Assembly: GCA_017415025.1 (NCBI GenBank)
Contig: JAFQJH010000010.1
Coordinates: 28,888-60,887 of the forward strand
Origin: Clostridia bacterium
GTDB lineage: Bacteria > Bacillota > Clostridia > Oscillospirales > Acutalibacteraceae
DNA: 32,000 bases
Direction: 5' to 3'
The notes under the pieces were generated by a model. It searched no databases. It saw only the letters and a program-made list of their open reading frames with translations, and was not told the origin of the DNA. Below are positions 7,907 to 16,827 of the stretch, piece by piece (within the stretch, counting starts at the first letter, position 1; each line of letters starts with the position of its first letter). The translations under genes were made by a program, and so were the position numbers.

Positions 7907-10672
7907 TTATTTAATCAAGTCCTGATACATCTTCATAAGCTCTGCGACGCATTCGGATTCGGTCATTTTGATGCTGAAGCCGTAGGCTTGCATAACAGCT
8001 TTATCGTTTGCCTGGTGAGCTTTGCGGAGTTCGGGCGGCATTGTAAGTTCGTCGTAGAGGTCAGCAAGCGAGCAATCGGGATAGAGTGCGCGTGCGTCAA
8101 GGATAGCCTGTGCGGTTTGTTCAATTTTCGTCTTCTGCTCATCAGTAGGAGTTGGCCATGGGAAGTTGTTGTAGACGACACTGCCCGAATACTGATAATC
8201 GCTTTTCATTCTACCTGCAACAGTTCTCATCCAAGACATATGAACATTTGAAATAATAACACCAAAATGATAAAGTGACGCGTCTGGAATTATCAAAGCA
8301 CTTCCATTTACAATTATTTCCGGAGAAACATAAGAAAGTGGTATATATCTTCTGTTTTCAGAAGACACTTTTGGGATAGCAATCATATTGGTTTTGGGTT
8401 GCCTTATTTCACCGAACAAAGCTGGCGTTTCAGCAAGCGCTAAAGTTTGCGGTCTGTTACTTGATTTTCTAAATTCAGAAGTTCTTTTTATTCTATCTTT
8501 AATAAAAGGGGAATTTTGAATATCTTTAGGTGATACTCCAACAAGCCACAAACACCAACGATCTTTATTTCTTAACAATTCAACTCCGCCTACATATTTG
8601 CGAATATACTTGCTATTTCCCTTATTCTCTTTTATCAGAGTATCAACATCTTCTTTATCAAGTATTAAAAGACCATCATCAATAGGCATACTGCCATAAT
8701 ATATTTGAGGAGTGTTAGTGCAAATAGCTTTACTTCGTGAACTGATTATAATCGTCGGAGCATTAACCAAATAGGGATTGATATTGTCTACCATTTGATA
8801 CTTTTCACCATCATATAATTTCTTTGCTTTATCAGATAGACCATTTAAAGTAAACCCTATAATAACACAATGGACATGGGCCTTCATACTCGCTTCACTA
8901 TCCCAACGGAAAGTGCGATGGGCAAAAATAATGTTCATGCCTAAAACCAACAATTCACCCCATAAAACAGGAACTTGTTCGCCTTGTGTAATTGAATTCG
9001 TGGATACAAAGGCAGCTTTTATAAATGTATCTCTCATAATATCGACAGCTTTTCTGTACCAGCAAGAAACATAGTCCAAATTGCCAACACCTTTAACTTT
9101 TTTACCAAAAGTATCGACAACCTCTTGTTTTTGAACTTTCGTCTGTTCCTTCTTGCCCACAAACGGCGGGTTGCCCATAATGTAATTGAGCTTGTCCTTT
9201 GGAACAACTGTCTCCCAATCGATACGCAAAGCGTTGCCCTCGACGATATTTGCATAGGATTTCAACGGGAGGAATTCAAGGTTCTGATGAATTATCTCTT
9301 CCGTTTCCTTCATCATCTGACTTTCGGCTATCCACAGCGCAGTTGTCGCTACTGTGACAGCAAAATCGTTAATCTCTATGCCGTAAAACTGTCCGATAGA
9401 AACATTGATAGGATTGCCGACCGCGCCGAACATCATCTGTCCTCTCGTTGTTTCTTCTATCGCTTCGTTTTCAAGTCTGCGAAGAGAAATATAAGTTTCT
9501 GTCAGGAAATTACCGCTTCCGCATGCAGGGTCAAAAAACGTCAGCGAGCCGAGCTTTTTTCTGAATTCATCAAGTCTTGCTACTCTTGTTTTTTCGACCT
9601 TGATTTCCTTTATCTCTTCAAATTCCTCGCGGAGCTCGTCGAGGAAAAGCGGATCGATAACCTTATGTATATTCTCAATAGAGGTATAGTGCATACCGCC
9701 CGAACGTCTTGTTTCGGGGTTGAGAGTTGATTCAAAAACCGCACCGAAAATCGTAGGACTTATTAAGCTCCAGTCAAAATCCTCACTGGCTTTGCGAAGA
9801 AGCAAATCACGGATAGTATCATTCATCTGCGGAATTTCTATATTTTCATCCGCAAAAAGTCCGCCGTTTACATAAGGAAATGCAAGCAGGTTTTCATCCT
9901 CATACGGGTCTCTGTCCTCAACCTTTGTGTCAAGAATTTTGAACAGCTCAATAAGAGCCTTTCTCATATCACGGGCAGAGAACGAGCTGATATAATTATG
10001 AAACTTCGAATGACCGCCGAAAACACCTGCATCCTCCGCATAAAGGCAGAAAACAAGACGGACGATAAGCTTGTTAAGGCTCTGTAACGATTGTTCATTC
10101 GACGGGTCGCGGTACTGTTTCAATATCTCATCATACATTATGCCGACAAGGTTGCCCGCCTGAATGGAAACCTCCATTTCACGGCGGATATTTTCGTCAC
10201 CCGTATCAACAAGAAATTGCAGACGGTAGTACTCTTTCGGGAGGTCTTTAAGTAAAATCTGCTCCGGCTCTCCGTTCGGCTTCTCCATATCGTAAACAAG
10301 AAATTCCTCAAAATTACAGGTTACAATCCAACGGGGACGCTGCGAATACGGAAGCTCCGCCGCATAGCGTTTTGCCTGCTGAAACGGAGTGAGCAACGAG
10401 CCGTCCGACTGCTTTATAGGCTTACGCAAATCCTTGCCGAGACCTTTTTGTTCAATCAAAACGTGAGTTGACGGAATACTGCCATCAATAAAGCTTGTGT
10501 GGTCGAGATGCACCTGATCTTCAAATGAAATAAACTATTCGGGGTGCTCCACACCGAAAACATCACGAAGAAGCGAGAGCCAGAACGCCTGACTTTCGCC
10601 TTTTTCATAGCCTTTATCCTTCCAATACGCCGCAAAATCCTTCGCCGCTGTACGCATTTCATTATCTTTCAT
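7907..10672 (-). pseudogene. MmeI-like Type IIG/IIL restriction-modification enzyme (fused nuclease plus N6-adenine methyltransferase), interrupted by an in-frame TAG at codon 46
   Basis: GGAGGTTACT-ATG at 10672. It reads MKDNEMRTAAKDFAAYWKDKGYEKGESQAFWLSLLRDVFGVEHPE*FISFEDQVHLDHTSFIDG..., with the TAG at 10535-10537. Downstream are the D...EQK nuclease motif (FIDGSIPSTHVLIEQKGLGK), motif I DPACGSGNFL and motif IV MGNPPFVG. The total of 921 codons matches the ~920-aa MmeI family. The listed ORF 7907-10513 is the GTG-restart portion. Confidence 0.7.
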
Positions 10673-10702
10673 AGTAACCTCCGAATTTTATTCACCGATA
10701 TA

Positions 10703-10731
10703 ATTTTATCATATTAGTGAACGATTTTCAA
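10703..10731 (-). promoter_or_regulatory. Sigma-A promoter of the MmeI-like gene
   Basis: On the minus strand: TTGAAA (10726-10731), a 17-nt spacer, then TGaTAAAAT (TAAAAT at 10703-10708). It lies ~30 nt upstream of the ATG at 10672. Confidence 0.45.
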
Positions 10732-10809
10732 TAACACAAAAGAAAATGAAGGAACAATCGTCAGGCACGCAACAGAAAACCAAATCAACGAAAAGAAAGG
10801 TAGGTCGGC

Positions 10810-11076
10810 ATGAAAAGCTTCATTGAAGAATTTTATTACGGCAACATAGAGCCGCAGGAACTCAGTTCTGAGCTCGGCTCTTCCCTTAAAAAGAAACTGA
10901 ACTCACTCGTAAAAAACGAAGATGAGTTCAGAGAAAAGCTATCCGAAGAAGAAAAGAAACTGCTTCAGCAATACACAAATTCATACAATGAATTTCTCAG
11001 CATAAGTATTGCCGACAGTTTTATTTCAGGATTCAGACTCGGAGCAAAATTCACACACGATGTATTTGTAAAATGA
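10810..11076 (+). CDS. Small conserved hypothetical protein of Firmicute mobile elements
   Basis: 88-aa ORF with an AGGTAGG RBS. The EEFYYGNIEPQE N-terminus resembles small proteins I recall next to tnpV in clostridial elements (from memory only). Confidence 0.45.
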   Translation: MKSFIEEFYYGNIEPQELSSELGSSLKKKLNSLVKNEDEFREKLSEEEKKLLQQYTNSYNEFLSISIADSFISGFRLGAKFTHDVFVK

Positions 11077-11088
11077 AAGGAGAAAATT

Positions 11089-11442
11089 ATGAACATCACT
11101 TACAGACAGGTCGGAGATTATAAAATACCGAATCTCACCTTACCAACCGAAGCGAAGGAAATCAGACTCGGTAAATGGGGACGAGCCCATGGTTTATATC
11201 TGCAGAAAAACAAACAGGTGCTTTTCACTCAGCTCTTCTCGGCAGGTAAACTCTGGAGTCACCTCGCAGAGATTGACAAGCAGGCAGAAGAATTATTCAA
11301 CACTCTCGTGACCCAAATCGCAAAAGCAGAAAATGTAACCGAAGAACTCAAGGAAACAAACCAACTTGAATGGGTTCAGCGAATGAATAACATCCACCAA
11401 CGCGCAACCGAAGTTGTGAACAGAGAACTGATTTACGCTTAA
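11089..11442 (+). CDS. tnpV: TnpV-like transposon-associated protein
   Basis: MNITYRQVGDYKIPNLTLP...WGRAHGLYLQKNKQ...GKLWSHLAEIDKQAEELF...EWVQRMNNIHQRATEVVNRELIYA matches the TnpV family (Tn4451-type) as I remember it. An AGGAGAA RBS is present. Confidence 0.6.
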   Translation: MNITYRQVGDYKIPNLTLPTEAKEIRLGKWGRAHGLYLQKNKQVLFTQLFSAGKLWSHLAEIDKQAEELFNTLVTQIAKAENVTEELKETNQLEWVQRMNNIHQRATEVVNRELIYA

Positions 11443-11483
11443 CATCAAGAACGGCAGTAAGATAATTCCCACTGCCGTTATAT

Positions 11484-12179
11484 TTAATCCAGTATTCTTC
11501 CGTCTGTGGAGATTGTGACGACTCTCCACGGGATAAACTTTCCGCTTGTCTGTAATGCTTTTTTCACTGCATACTCAATACCGCCGCAACACGGCACCTC
11601 CATACGCACAACAGTAACACTTTTGATGTTATTGTTTGTGATGATAGCTGAAAGTTTTTCTGTATAATCACCCTCGTCAAGCTTCGGGCAACCGATAAGA
11701 GTAATGTGGTTACGGATAAATTCATTATGAAAATTTCCATAAGCATAAGCTGTACAATCCGCCGCTACGAGCAGGTTTGCTCCGTCAAAATAAGGAGCAT
11801 TCACAGGAACAAGCTTTATCTGAACAGGCCACTGTGAAAGTCGGCTGTTGATCGGTGCAGCAAAGTTATTGTAGTCACTGCTTTCTCTGTTGATTGCTTT
11901 AGATTGTGTTCCGGGACAACCGCAGGGCAAGGTTCCTTGCTTTTTAGCTTTTGATTCAAGAACAGCCGCCTCATCGTAAGCAGGTGCTTCTCTTTCCTCA
12001 AAAGTGATGGCACCTGTGGGGCAAGCAGGAAGACAATCACCAAGTCCGTCACAATAATCCTCACGGGTCAGACGAGCCTTGCCGTCAATCATTTCAATAG
12101 CGCCTTCATGACAAGCGGAAGCACAAGCACCGCAGCCATTACACTTTTCTTCATCAATTTTTATAATTTTCCTAATCAT
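11484..12179 (-). CDS. 4Fe-4S dicluster ferredoxin-domain protein
   Basis: CNGCGACASAC and CDGLGDCLPACP cluster motifs at the N-terminus. Further Cys pairs are CGCPG and VPCCGG. Confidence 0.75.
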   Translation of the reverse strand: MIRKIIKIDEEKCNGCGACASACHEGAIEMIDGKARLTREDYCDGLGDCLPACPTGAITFEEREAPAYDEAAVLESKAKKQGTLPCGCPGTQSKAINRESSDYNNFAAPINSRLSQWPVQIKLVPVNAPYFDGANLLVAADCTAYAYGNFHNEFIRNHITLIGCPKLDEGDYTEKLSAIITNNNIKSVTVVRMEVPCCGGIEYAVKKALQTSGKFIPWRVVTISTDGRILD

Positions 12180-12266
12180 ATATTCTTACCTCACTTGATT
12201 TTGTGGCTTCATTATAATACAATAAAAGAAACAAATCAGTTGTTTTTACAACAGAATCGAGGCTTT

Positions 12267-12926
12267 ATGAAAAAATATGTACCTGTTTTAATGAAAACAC
12301 AGATGTTTGCAGGTGTAGGTAATGATGAAGTATCAGCGATGCTTTCCTGCCTCGATGCAAGACTGTACAATTATAAAAAAGGTGAATATGTTCTGCGTCA
12401 GGGCGAGCATCTGAGCGACATTGTTGTTTTAGTTGAAGGAACTCTTCACATACAAAATGATGATTATTGGGGTAACCGCAGTATCCTTGGTCAGATTGCA
12501 GTCGGCGAAATGTTTGGTGAAGCATATGTTGCACCCGAAAGCGGAGCTTTGTTAAACGATGTGGTTGCTATTGAGGACAGCACCGTCATCTTTTTTGATG
12601 TTAGGCGTATTCTTACAACCTGTTCTTCAGCCTGTCGTTTTCATGCTATGGTTGTGCAGAATATGTTTTTTGCAATATCCGGGAAAAACAGAAAACTCGT
12701 GCAAAAGCTCGGTCATATGTCTAAGCGTTCCACACGAGAGAAGCTGATTTCTTATTTATCCGAAGAAGCAAAGAAGCATAACAGTGCGACTTTTAACATT
12801 CCGTTCAACCGTCAACAGCTTGCGGATTTTCTTTCTGTTGACCGCAGTGCTATGTCGAATGAGCTTTGCAAAATGCGTGATGACGGTTTAATAGAATTTG
12901 ATAAAAACAGTTTCAAGTTATTATAA
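12267..12926 (+). CDS. Crp/Fnr-family transcriptional regulator
   Basis: cNMP-binding-like N-terminal half (MFAGVGNDEVSAML...GEYVLRQGE...GEMFGEA). The C-terminal HTH is REKLISYLSEE...RQQLADFLSVDRSAMSNELCKMRDDGLI. The ATG at 12267 is preferred because the track start at 12108 overlaps the divergent ferredoxin gene. Confidence 0.75.
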   Translation: MKKYVPVLMKTQMFAGVGNDEVSAMLSCLDARLYNYKKGEYVLRQGEHLSDIVVLVEGTLHIQNDDYWGNRSILGQIAVGEMFGEAYVAPESGALLNDVVAIEDSTVIFFDVRRILTTCSSACRFHAMVVQNMFFAISGKNRKLVQKLGHMSKRSTREKLISYLSEEAKKHNSATFNIPFNRQQLADFLSVDRSAMSNELCKMRDDGLIEFDKNSFKLL

Positions 12927-12962
12927 GATTCTGATTGCTGACTAAAATATTCCCACACAGCA

Positions 12963-12991
12963 TTGACAAACTATCGTTGTAACGATATAAT
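12963..12991 (+). promoter_or_regulatory. Consensus sigma-A promoter of the DUF3990/DUF3791-HTH operon
   Basis: TTGACA (12963-12968), a 17-nt spacer, then TATAAT (12986-12991). Both hexamers are perfect. Confidence 0.7.
12972..12987. promoter_or_regulatory. Operator palindrome 1 (TATCGTTGTAACGATA), inside the promoter spacer and -10
   Basis: Perfect 16-bp palindrome. It is part of the 19-bp direct repeat AACTATCGTTGTAACGATA (12969-12987 and 13005-13023). Confidence 0.6.
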
Positions 12992-13007
12992 AAAAACAGA
13001 TAACAAC

Positions 13008-13023
13008 TATCGTTGTAACGATA
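13008..13023. promoter_or_regulatory. Operator palindrome 2 (TATCGTTGTAACGATA), between the promoter and the RBS
   Basis: Identical 16-bp palindrome, 36 bp centre-to-centre from copy 1, just upstream of the AAAGGAG RBS. Confidence 0.6.
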
Positions 13024-13044
13024 CCTCGAGAAAGGAGCATACTT

Positions 13045-13701
13045 ATGGCAGAGAAGATTATAGTTTATCACGGTTCATCTAAAATTATTGAAAAGCCTAT
13101 TTGGGGAATGGGCAATCCTAATAATGATTACGGTCTCGGTTTTTACTGTACCGAAAATGAAGAGCTTGCAAAAGAATGGGCATGTTCATCAGAAAGTGAC
13201 GGTTACGCAAACAAATACAGTCTCGACCTCACCGGTCTTTCTGTTCTTTCGTTGACAAACGGAGAATACAATATCCTCAACTGGCTGTTTGTGTTGCTTG
13301 AAAACCGTCAGTTCCGTATCAGCGGAGATATTGCAACTCAGGCCAAGGAGTACATCTTCGATAACTTTGCAATTGATTATAAGAAATATGATGTTATAAA
13401 AGGTTACCGGGCAGATGATGCATATTTTTCGTTTGCAAATGCATTCCTGAACAATACTATATCTGTATCACAGTTAGAGAAAGCAATGGTTCTCGGAAAA
13501 CTTGGTGAACAAGTTGTTGCAATCTCACAAAAAGCTTTTAATGCATTCGAATTTATAGAAGCAACTGTTGCTCCTAACGAAATGTATCTGCCTAAAAAAA
13601 TGGCTCGTGATTCAGCAGCAAGAGATGAATTTAAGAAAGAAAAAAGCAGAGGCTCCGTACTTACTGAAAAATATATATTAGATATTATCAGAGAAGGGTG
13701 A
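13045..13701 (+). CDS. DUF3990-like protein (possible ADP-ribosyltransferase fold)
   Basis: 218 aa. N-terminal VYHGSSKIIEKP followed by DYGLGFYCTENEELAKEW. RBS AAAGGAG. The family assignment is from memory of DUF3990 N-termini. Confidence 0.55.
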   Translation: MAEKIIVYHGSSKIIEKPIWGMGNPNNDYGLGFYCTENEELAKEWACSSESDGYANKYSLDLTGLSVLSLTNGEYNILNWLFVLLENRQFRISGDIATQAKEYIFDNFAIDYKKYDVIKGYRADDAYFSFANAFLNNTISVSQLEKAMVLGKLGEQVVAISQKAFNAFEFIEATVAPNEMYLPKKMARDSAARDEFKKEKSRGSVLTEKYILDIIREG

Positions 13702-13708
13702 AAAAACG

Positions 13709-14350
13709 ATGATGAACGCTTACAGCGAGTTGTACTTGGATGATGCAATGCAGAATCTCGGAGATATGGTGGACTACGCCGTATGTGATTTAGGGTTTGA
13801 CCCTGACGAGTTCTTCGGTTGGTTTATATCTTCAGGTATTGCTTCACGTTTTGAAAAAGGCAATCCTAAATATGTAGGCGGAATGTCGGGTTATGAGCTT
13901 GCTGATGCAGTTCTCACCGCCACCAATGTTTCCTACGAAAAGAAAGAACCTTTATATTCTGATTTTAAGGGCAGAGAATATTGGGCAGGCTGGATTCTTG
14001 CATATTATCAGTGGATAACAAATCAGAGATTTGAAGACATCGTCAAAGACGGTCTTACTCTTTCCACTGTCTTTTCAATGTATATACTCCACGAAGCAGA
14101 TGTCAGCAAGTTTGTTGAAGCTGCAAACGAAGTGATTGCAAGAAATAAAGAAAATCGAAAATCAAAGCTCAGCGAAATCAGAAAATCAAGAGGATTCACT
14201 CAACAGCAGTTAAGTGATGCATCCGGTGTAACACTTCGTATGATTCAGCTTTATGAACAGCGACAGAACGACATAAGTAAGGCGCAAGTGAATGTCGTGT
14301 TAAGCTTAGCAAAAGCTCTTGGCTGTGAAATTGAAGATATAATTGAATAA
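13709..14350 (+). CDS. DUF3791-like domain fused to a C-terminal XRE-type HTH
   Basis: 213 aa. The C-terminus LSEIRKSRGFTQQQLSDASGVTLRMIQLYEQRQNDISKAQVNVVLSLAKALGCEIEDI is a clear HTH_3. The start lies 7 nt after the upstream stop. Confidence 0.6.
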   Translation: MMNAYSELYLDDAMQNLGDMVDYAVCDLGFDPDEFFGWFISSGIASRFEKGNPKYVGGMSGYELADAVLTATNVSYEKKEPLYSDFKGREYWAGWILAYYQWITNQRFEDIVKDGLTLSTVFSMYILHEADVSKFVEAANEVIARNKENRKSKLSEIRKSRGFTQQQLSDASGVTLRMIQLYEQRQNDISKAQVNVVLSLAKALGCEIEDIIE

Positions 14351-14356
14351 AGCAAA

Positions 14357-14397
14357 CCGGCTGATATCTGAATAATCAGATGTCAGTCGGATTTTTT
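14357..14397 (+). terminator. Rho-independent terminator
   Basis: CCGGCTGATATCTGA-ataa-TCAGATGTCAGTCGG (two G-U/mismatch positions) followed by ATTTTTT. Confidence 0.6.
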
Positions 14398-14682
14398 ATA
14401 CTCTCCCCTTTTCGGTTGCTTCTTGTCGTTTTATGTCGTAATACTGCACAATACATATCACCCCGTACTGTGTAAAATGTAGAACTTTAAAAAAAGTGAA
14501 AGATTTTGTGTTACATTTTACGGTTTCCGACATTTATATGTATAAGGGAAAGTATATACCTCGATATCTTTTATGTGAAAATAATTTGGAAGCTTCCGTA
14601 CAAGCACCGCTTATCCAACATAATCTCTATATGCACATTATAGTCATTTTAAATGTAAATTTAGTTTTCGCTTTATTTTTTC

Positions 14683-14711
14683 TTGCAAAAGCTGTTTTAT
14701 AGGGATATAAT
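14683..14711 (+). promoter_or_regulatory. Sigma-A promoter at the head of the 11-gene defence array
   Basis: TTGCAA (14683-14688), a 17-nt spacer, then TATAAT (14706-14711). It lies 36 nt upstream of the ATG at 14748, with RBS GAGGTG. Confidence 0.55.
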
Positions 14712-14747
14712 GTAGAAGTAAAATTATATTCTTTCTGAGGTGTAATT

Positions 14748-14960
14748 ATGTCTGTAAGTTATAAGAAATTATGGAAGCTTCTGATTGACCACGATATGAA
14801 GAAAAAAGATCTTGCAAAGGTCGCTGATATCAGCAACTACACAATCACAAAAATGAGCAAGGGTGAAAACGTTACCGTCGAAACCCTCGGCAAAATCTGC
14901 AAAGCCCTCGATTGCGGTGTGGATGATATTATGGAATTTGTTGTGGAAGAAAACCAATAA
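14748..14960 (+). CDS. Small XRE/Cro-type HTH protein (candidate R-M controller protein)
   Basis: 70 aa: LWKLLIDHDMKKKDLAKVADISNYTITKMSKGENVTVETLGKICKALDCGVDDIMEF, essentially a bare HTH_3 domain. It is the first gene of the operon. Confidence 0.7.
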   Translation: MSVSYKKLWKLLIDHDMKKKDLAKVADISNYTITKMSKGENVTVETLGKICKALDCGVDDIMEFVVEENQ

Positions 14961-15003
14961 ATATTTTTGTATGTTGTACAAGATAGTTTAAAGGAGAAAT
15001 AGT

Positions 15004-16827
15004 ATGTTAATTGAAAAATATAACCCCAATACATTAAGTGTAGGTGCAATACTTGGTCTTATTGCATCCGGTGATATTGCTATTCCGGAAATTCAAAGAC
15101 CCTTTGTTTGGAAAAAAACACAAGTTCGTGATTTATTAGATTCGTTATATAAAGGATATCCTACTGGTTACTTAATCGTTTGGAAGAATCCAAATGTAAA
15201 GTTAAAAGATGGAACAGTTTCTTCGGGAAAAAAGATTTTGATTGACGGTCAGCAAAGAGTGACAGCTTTGATGACTGCCATTGCCGGCATCCCTGTTGTT
15301 AACGCAAGCTATAAAAAGGATCGCATAAAAATTGCATTTAACCCCTTTGAAGCGCTTTCTGAAGACAAAGATGCGGAAATCTTTGCAGTACAGGACCAGA
15401 GCCATTTGAAAGGCAAAAAGTGGATTCCGGATGTGGCTGAAATTTTCAAACCCGGTTTCAAACAGTTCTCATTCATCAATCAGTATTGCACTGATAACCC
15501 TGATATGGATCCCGAAACACTTGGAGAAATACTTAGCAATCTTACATCAATCGCAAACCGTCTTATTGGTGTTATCGAGCTTTCAGATAATCTTGATATT
15601 GATATTGTTACAGATATATTTATCCGAATAAATTCTAAAGGAACTGCATTAAGTCAGGGTGACTTTGTCATGTCTAAGATTGCATCCGATGAAGAACATG
15701 GTGGTAACGCTCTTCGCAAGGCAATTGATTATTTTGCTCATCTTTGTGTTGAACCTTCTTTCTATAGCTATATCAAAGAAAACGACACAGATTTTGCGAA
15801 TTCCGAATATATCAACAAACTTTCATGGCTCAAAGATGATAAAGAAACTGTTTATGATCCAGAATGTGATGATATTCTTCGTGTTGCATTTATGCATATG
15901 TATCCAAGAGCAAAACTTGCAGACCTTGTAAGTCTGCTTTCAGGTAGAGATTTTGAAACAAGAGAATATAAATCTGAAATCATTGAAGAAACTTTTGCAA
16001 AATTAAAGCAAGGTGTCCTTAATGTAATAAACAAGAATAATTTTGAGCAATTTATGTTAGCAATTAAGGGAGCTGGATTTGTTTCTGAAAAACTGGTTAA
16101 TTCATATATGGCTCTTGATTTTGCATATGCACTGTACTTAAGACTTTCAATAAGTAAAGAAGTTAGTGTTAGTGAAATTAAAAAGATTGTTCAAAAATGG
16201 TATGTTCTTTCTGTGCTTACAGGTAGATACAGTTCATCTCCTGAAACTGCATTTTATAGGGATATTCGTAAAATAAATGAAGTAGGCGTTGTTAAAACAC
16301 TTGAAGATATGGAAGCTGCCCTTCTTTCGGATAATTTCTGGGAGGTAAAGGTTGTTCAAGATTTGGCATACACCTCAACTATCAATCCTACATACCTCGT
16401 TTATCTCGCAGCTCAGGTTGCTAACAATGATTTGTCATTGCTGTCTAACAATATAACGGTAAGAGATTTAATCGAAATTGCCGGTGATGTACACCACATT
16501 TTCCCGAAGGAATATCTCAAATCAAATGGATTCAATAAGAACCTTTATAATCAAGATGCAAACTACGCTTATCTCGATACGCAGGTTAACAAATCAATAG
16601 GCAAACAAGCCCCTTGTGAATATTTTGCAAAAGCATTGAAACAGTGTGAAACTAAGATTGTTGAATGCGGTTCAATCACTGAACTCAATGAACTGAAAGC
16701 TAACCTTGAGGCGAACTGCATTCCTTTTGAAGCTTGCAAAATGTCATATGAGGATTATGAGGGATTTCTTGAGGAACGTCGTAAGCTTATGGCGAAGAAA
16801 ATAAAAAGTTATTATTATAGTTTATAA
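15004..16827 (+). CDS. DUF262 (ParB-like NTPase) plus DUF1524 (His-Me/HNH) protein, GmrSD-like Type IV restriction candidate
   Basis: IPEIQRPFVWKKTQVRDLLDSLYKGYPTGYLIVW and the DGQQR motif (ILIDGQQRVTAL) in the N-terminal half. The C-terminal half has GDVHHIFPKEYL...NYAYLDTQVNKSIG. RBS AAAGGAG. Confidence 0.75.
   Translation: MLIEKYNPNTLSVGAILGLIASGDIAIPEIQRPFVWKKTQVRDLLDSLYKGYPTGYLIVWKNPNVKLKDGTVSSGKKILIDGQQRVTALMTAIAGIPVVNASYKKDRIKIAFNPFEALSEDKDAEIFAVQDQSHLKGKKWIPDVAEIFKPGFKQFSFINQYCTDNPDMDPETLGEILSNLTSIANRLIGVIELSDNLDIDIVTDIFIRINSKGTALSQGDFVMSKIASDEEHGGNALRKAIDYFAHLCVEPSFYSYIKENDTDFANSEYINKLSWLKDDKETVYDPECDDILRVAFMHMYPRAKLADLVSLLSGRDFETREYKSEIIEETFAKLKQGVLNVINKNNFEQFMLAIKGAGFVSEKLVNSYMALDFAYALYLRLSISKEVSVSEIKKIVQKWYVLSVLTGRYSSSPETAFYRDIRKINEVGVVKTLEDMEAALLSDNFWEVKVVQDLAYTSTINPTYLVYLAAQVANNDLSLLSNNITVRDLIEIAGDVHHIFPKEYLKSNGFNKNLYNQDANYAYLDTQVNKSIGKQAPCEYFAKALKQCETKIVECGSITELNELKANLEANCIPFEACKMSYEDYEGFLEERRKLMAKKIKSYYYSL

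Noticed and set aside
9125-9730. 201-aa plus-strand ORF, and many other 60-160-aa ORFs nested antisense or out of frame inside long genes (for example 6013-6504, 17440-17823, 20226-20591, 24313-24863, 13404-13748)
   Set aside because: These are shadow ORFs inside well-supported genes. Their composition is Ser/Arg/Leu-rich or Cys-rich, they lack RBSs and they have no recognisable motifs.
10456-10662. Listed 68-aa minus-strand ORF upstream of the MmeI-like gene
   Set aside because: It is in the wrong frame and its basic, low-complexity translation looks spurious. The frame that continues the R-M gene (ATG at 10672 with a GGAGG RBS) gives a sensible MmeI-type N-terminus interrupted by a TAG.
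12108-12266. Long N-terminal extension of the Crp/Fnr ORF (track start at 12108)
   Set aside because: The extension overlaps the 5' end of the divergent ferredoxin gene and translates to low-complexity sequence. The ATG at 12267 gives a normal-length (219 aa) Crp/Fnr protein.
14471-14520. Inverted repeat GTAAAATGTA ... TACATTTTAC at the compositional junction, as a possible transposon end or operator
   Set aside because: The arms are only 10 bp of AT-rich sequence with a ~30-nt spacer. There is no second copy elsewhere in the window, so it is easily a chance match in AT-rich DNA.
14496-14702. 68-aa ORF in the AT-rich spacer upstream of the defence array
   Set aside because: It has no RBS and its low-complexity hydrophobic translation is typical of AT-rich intergenic DNA. 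The region is better explained as a promoter/leader (TTGCAA-17-TATAAT at 14683-14711).
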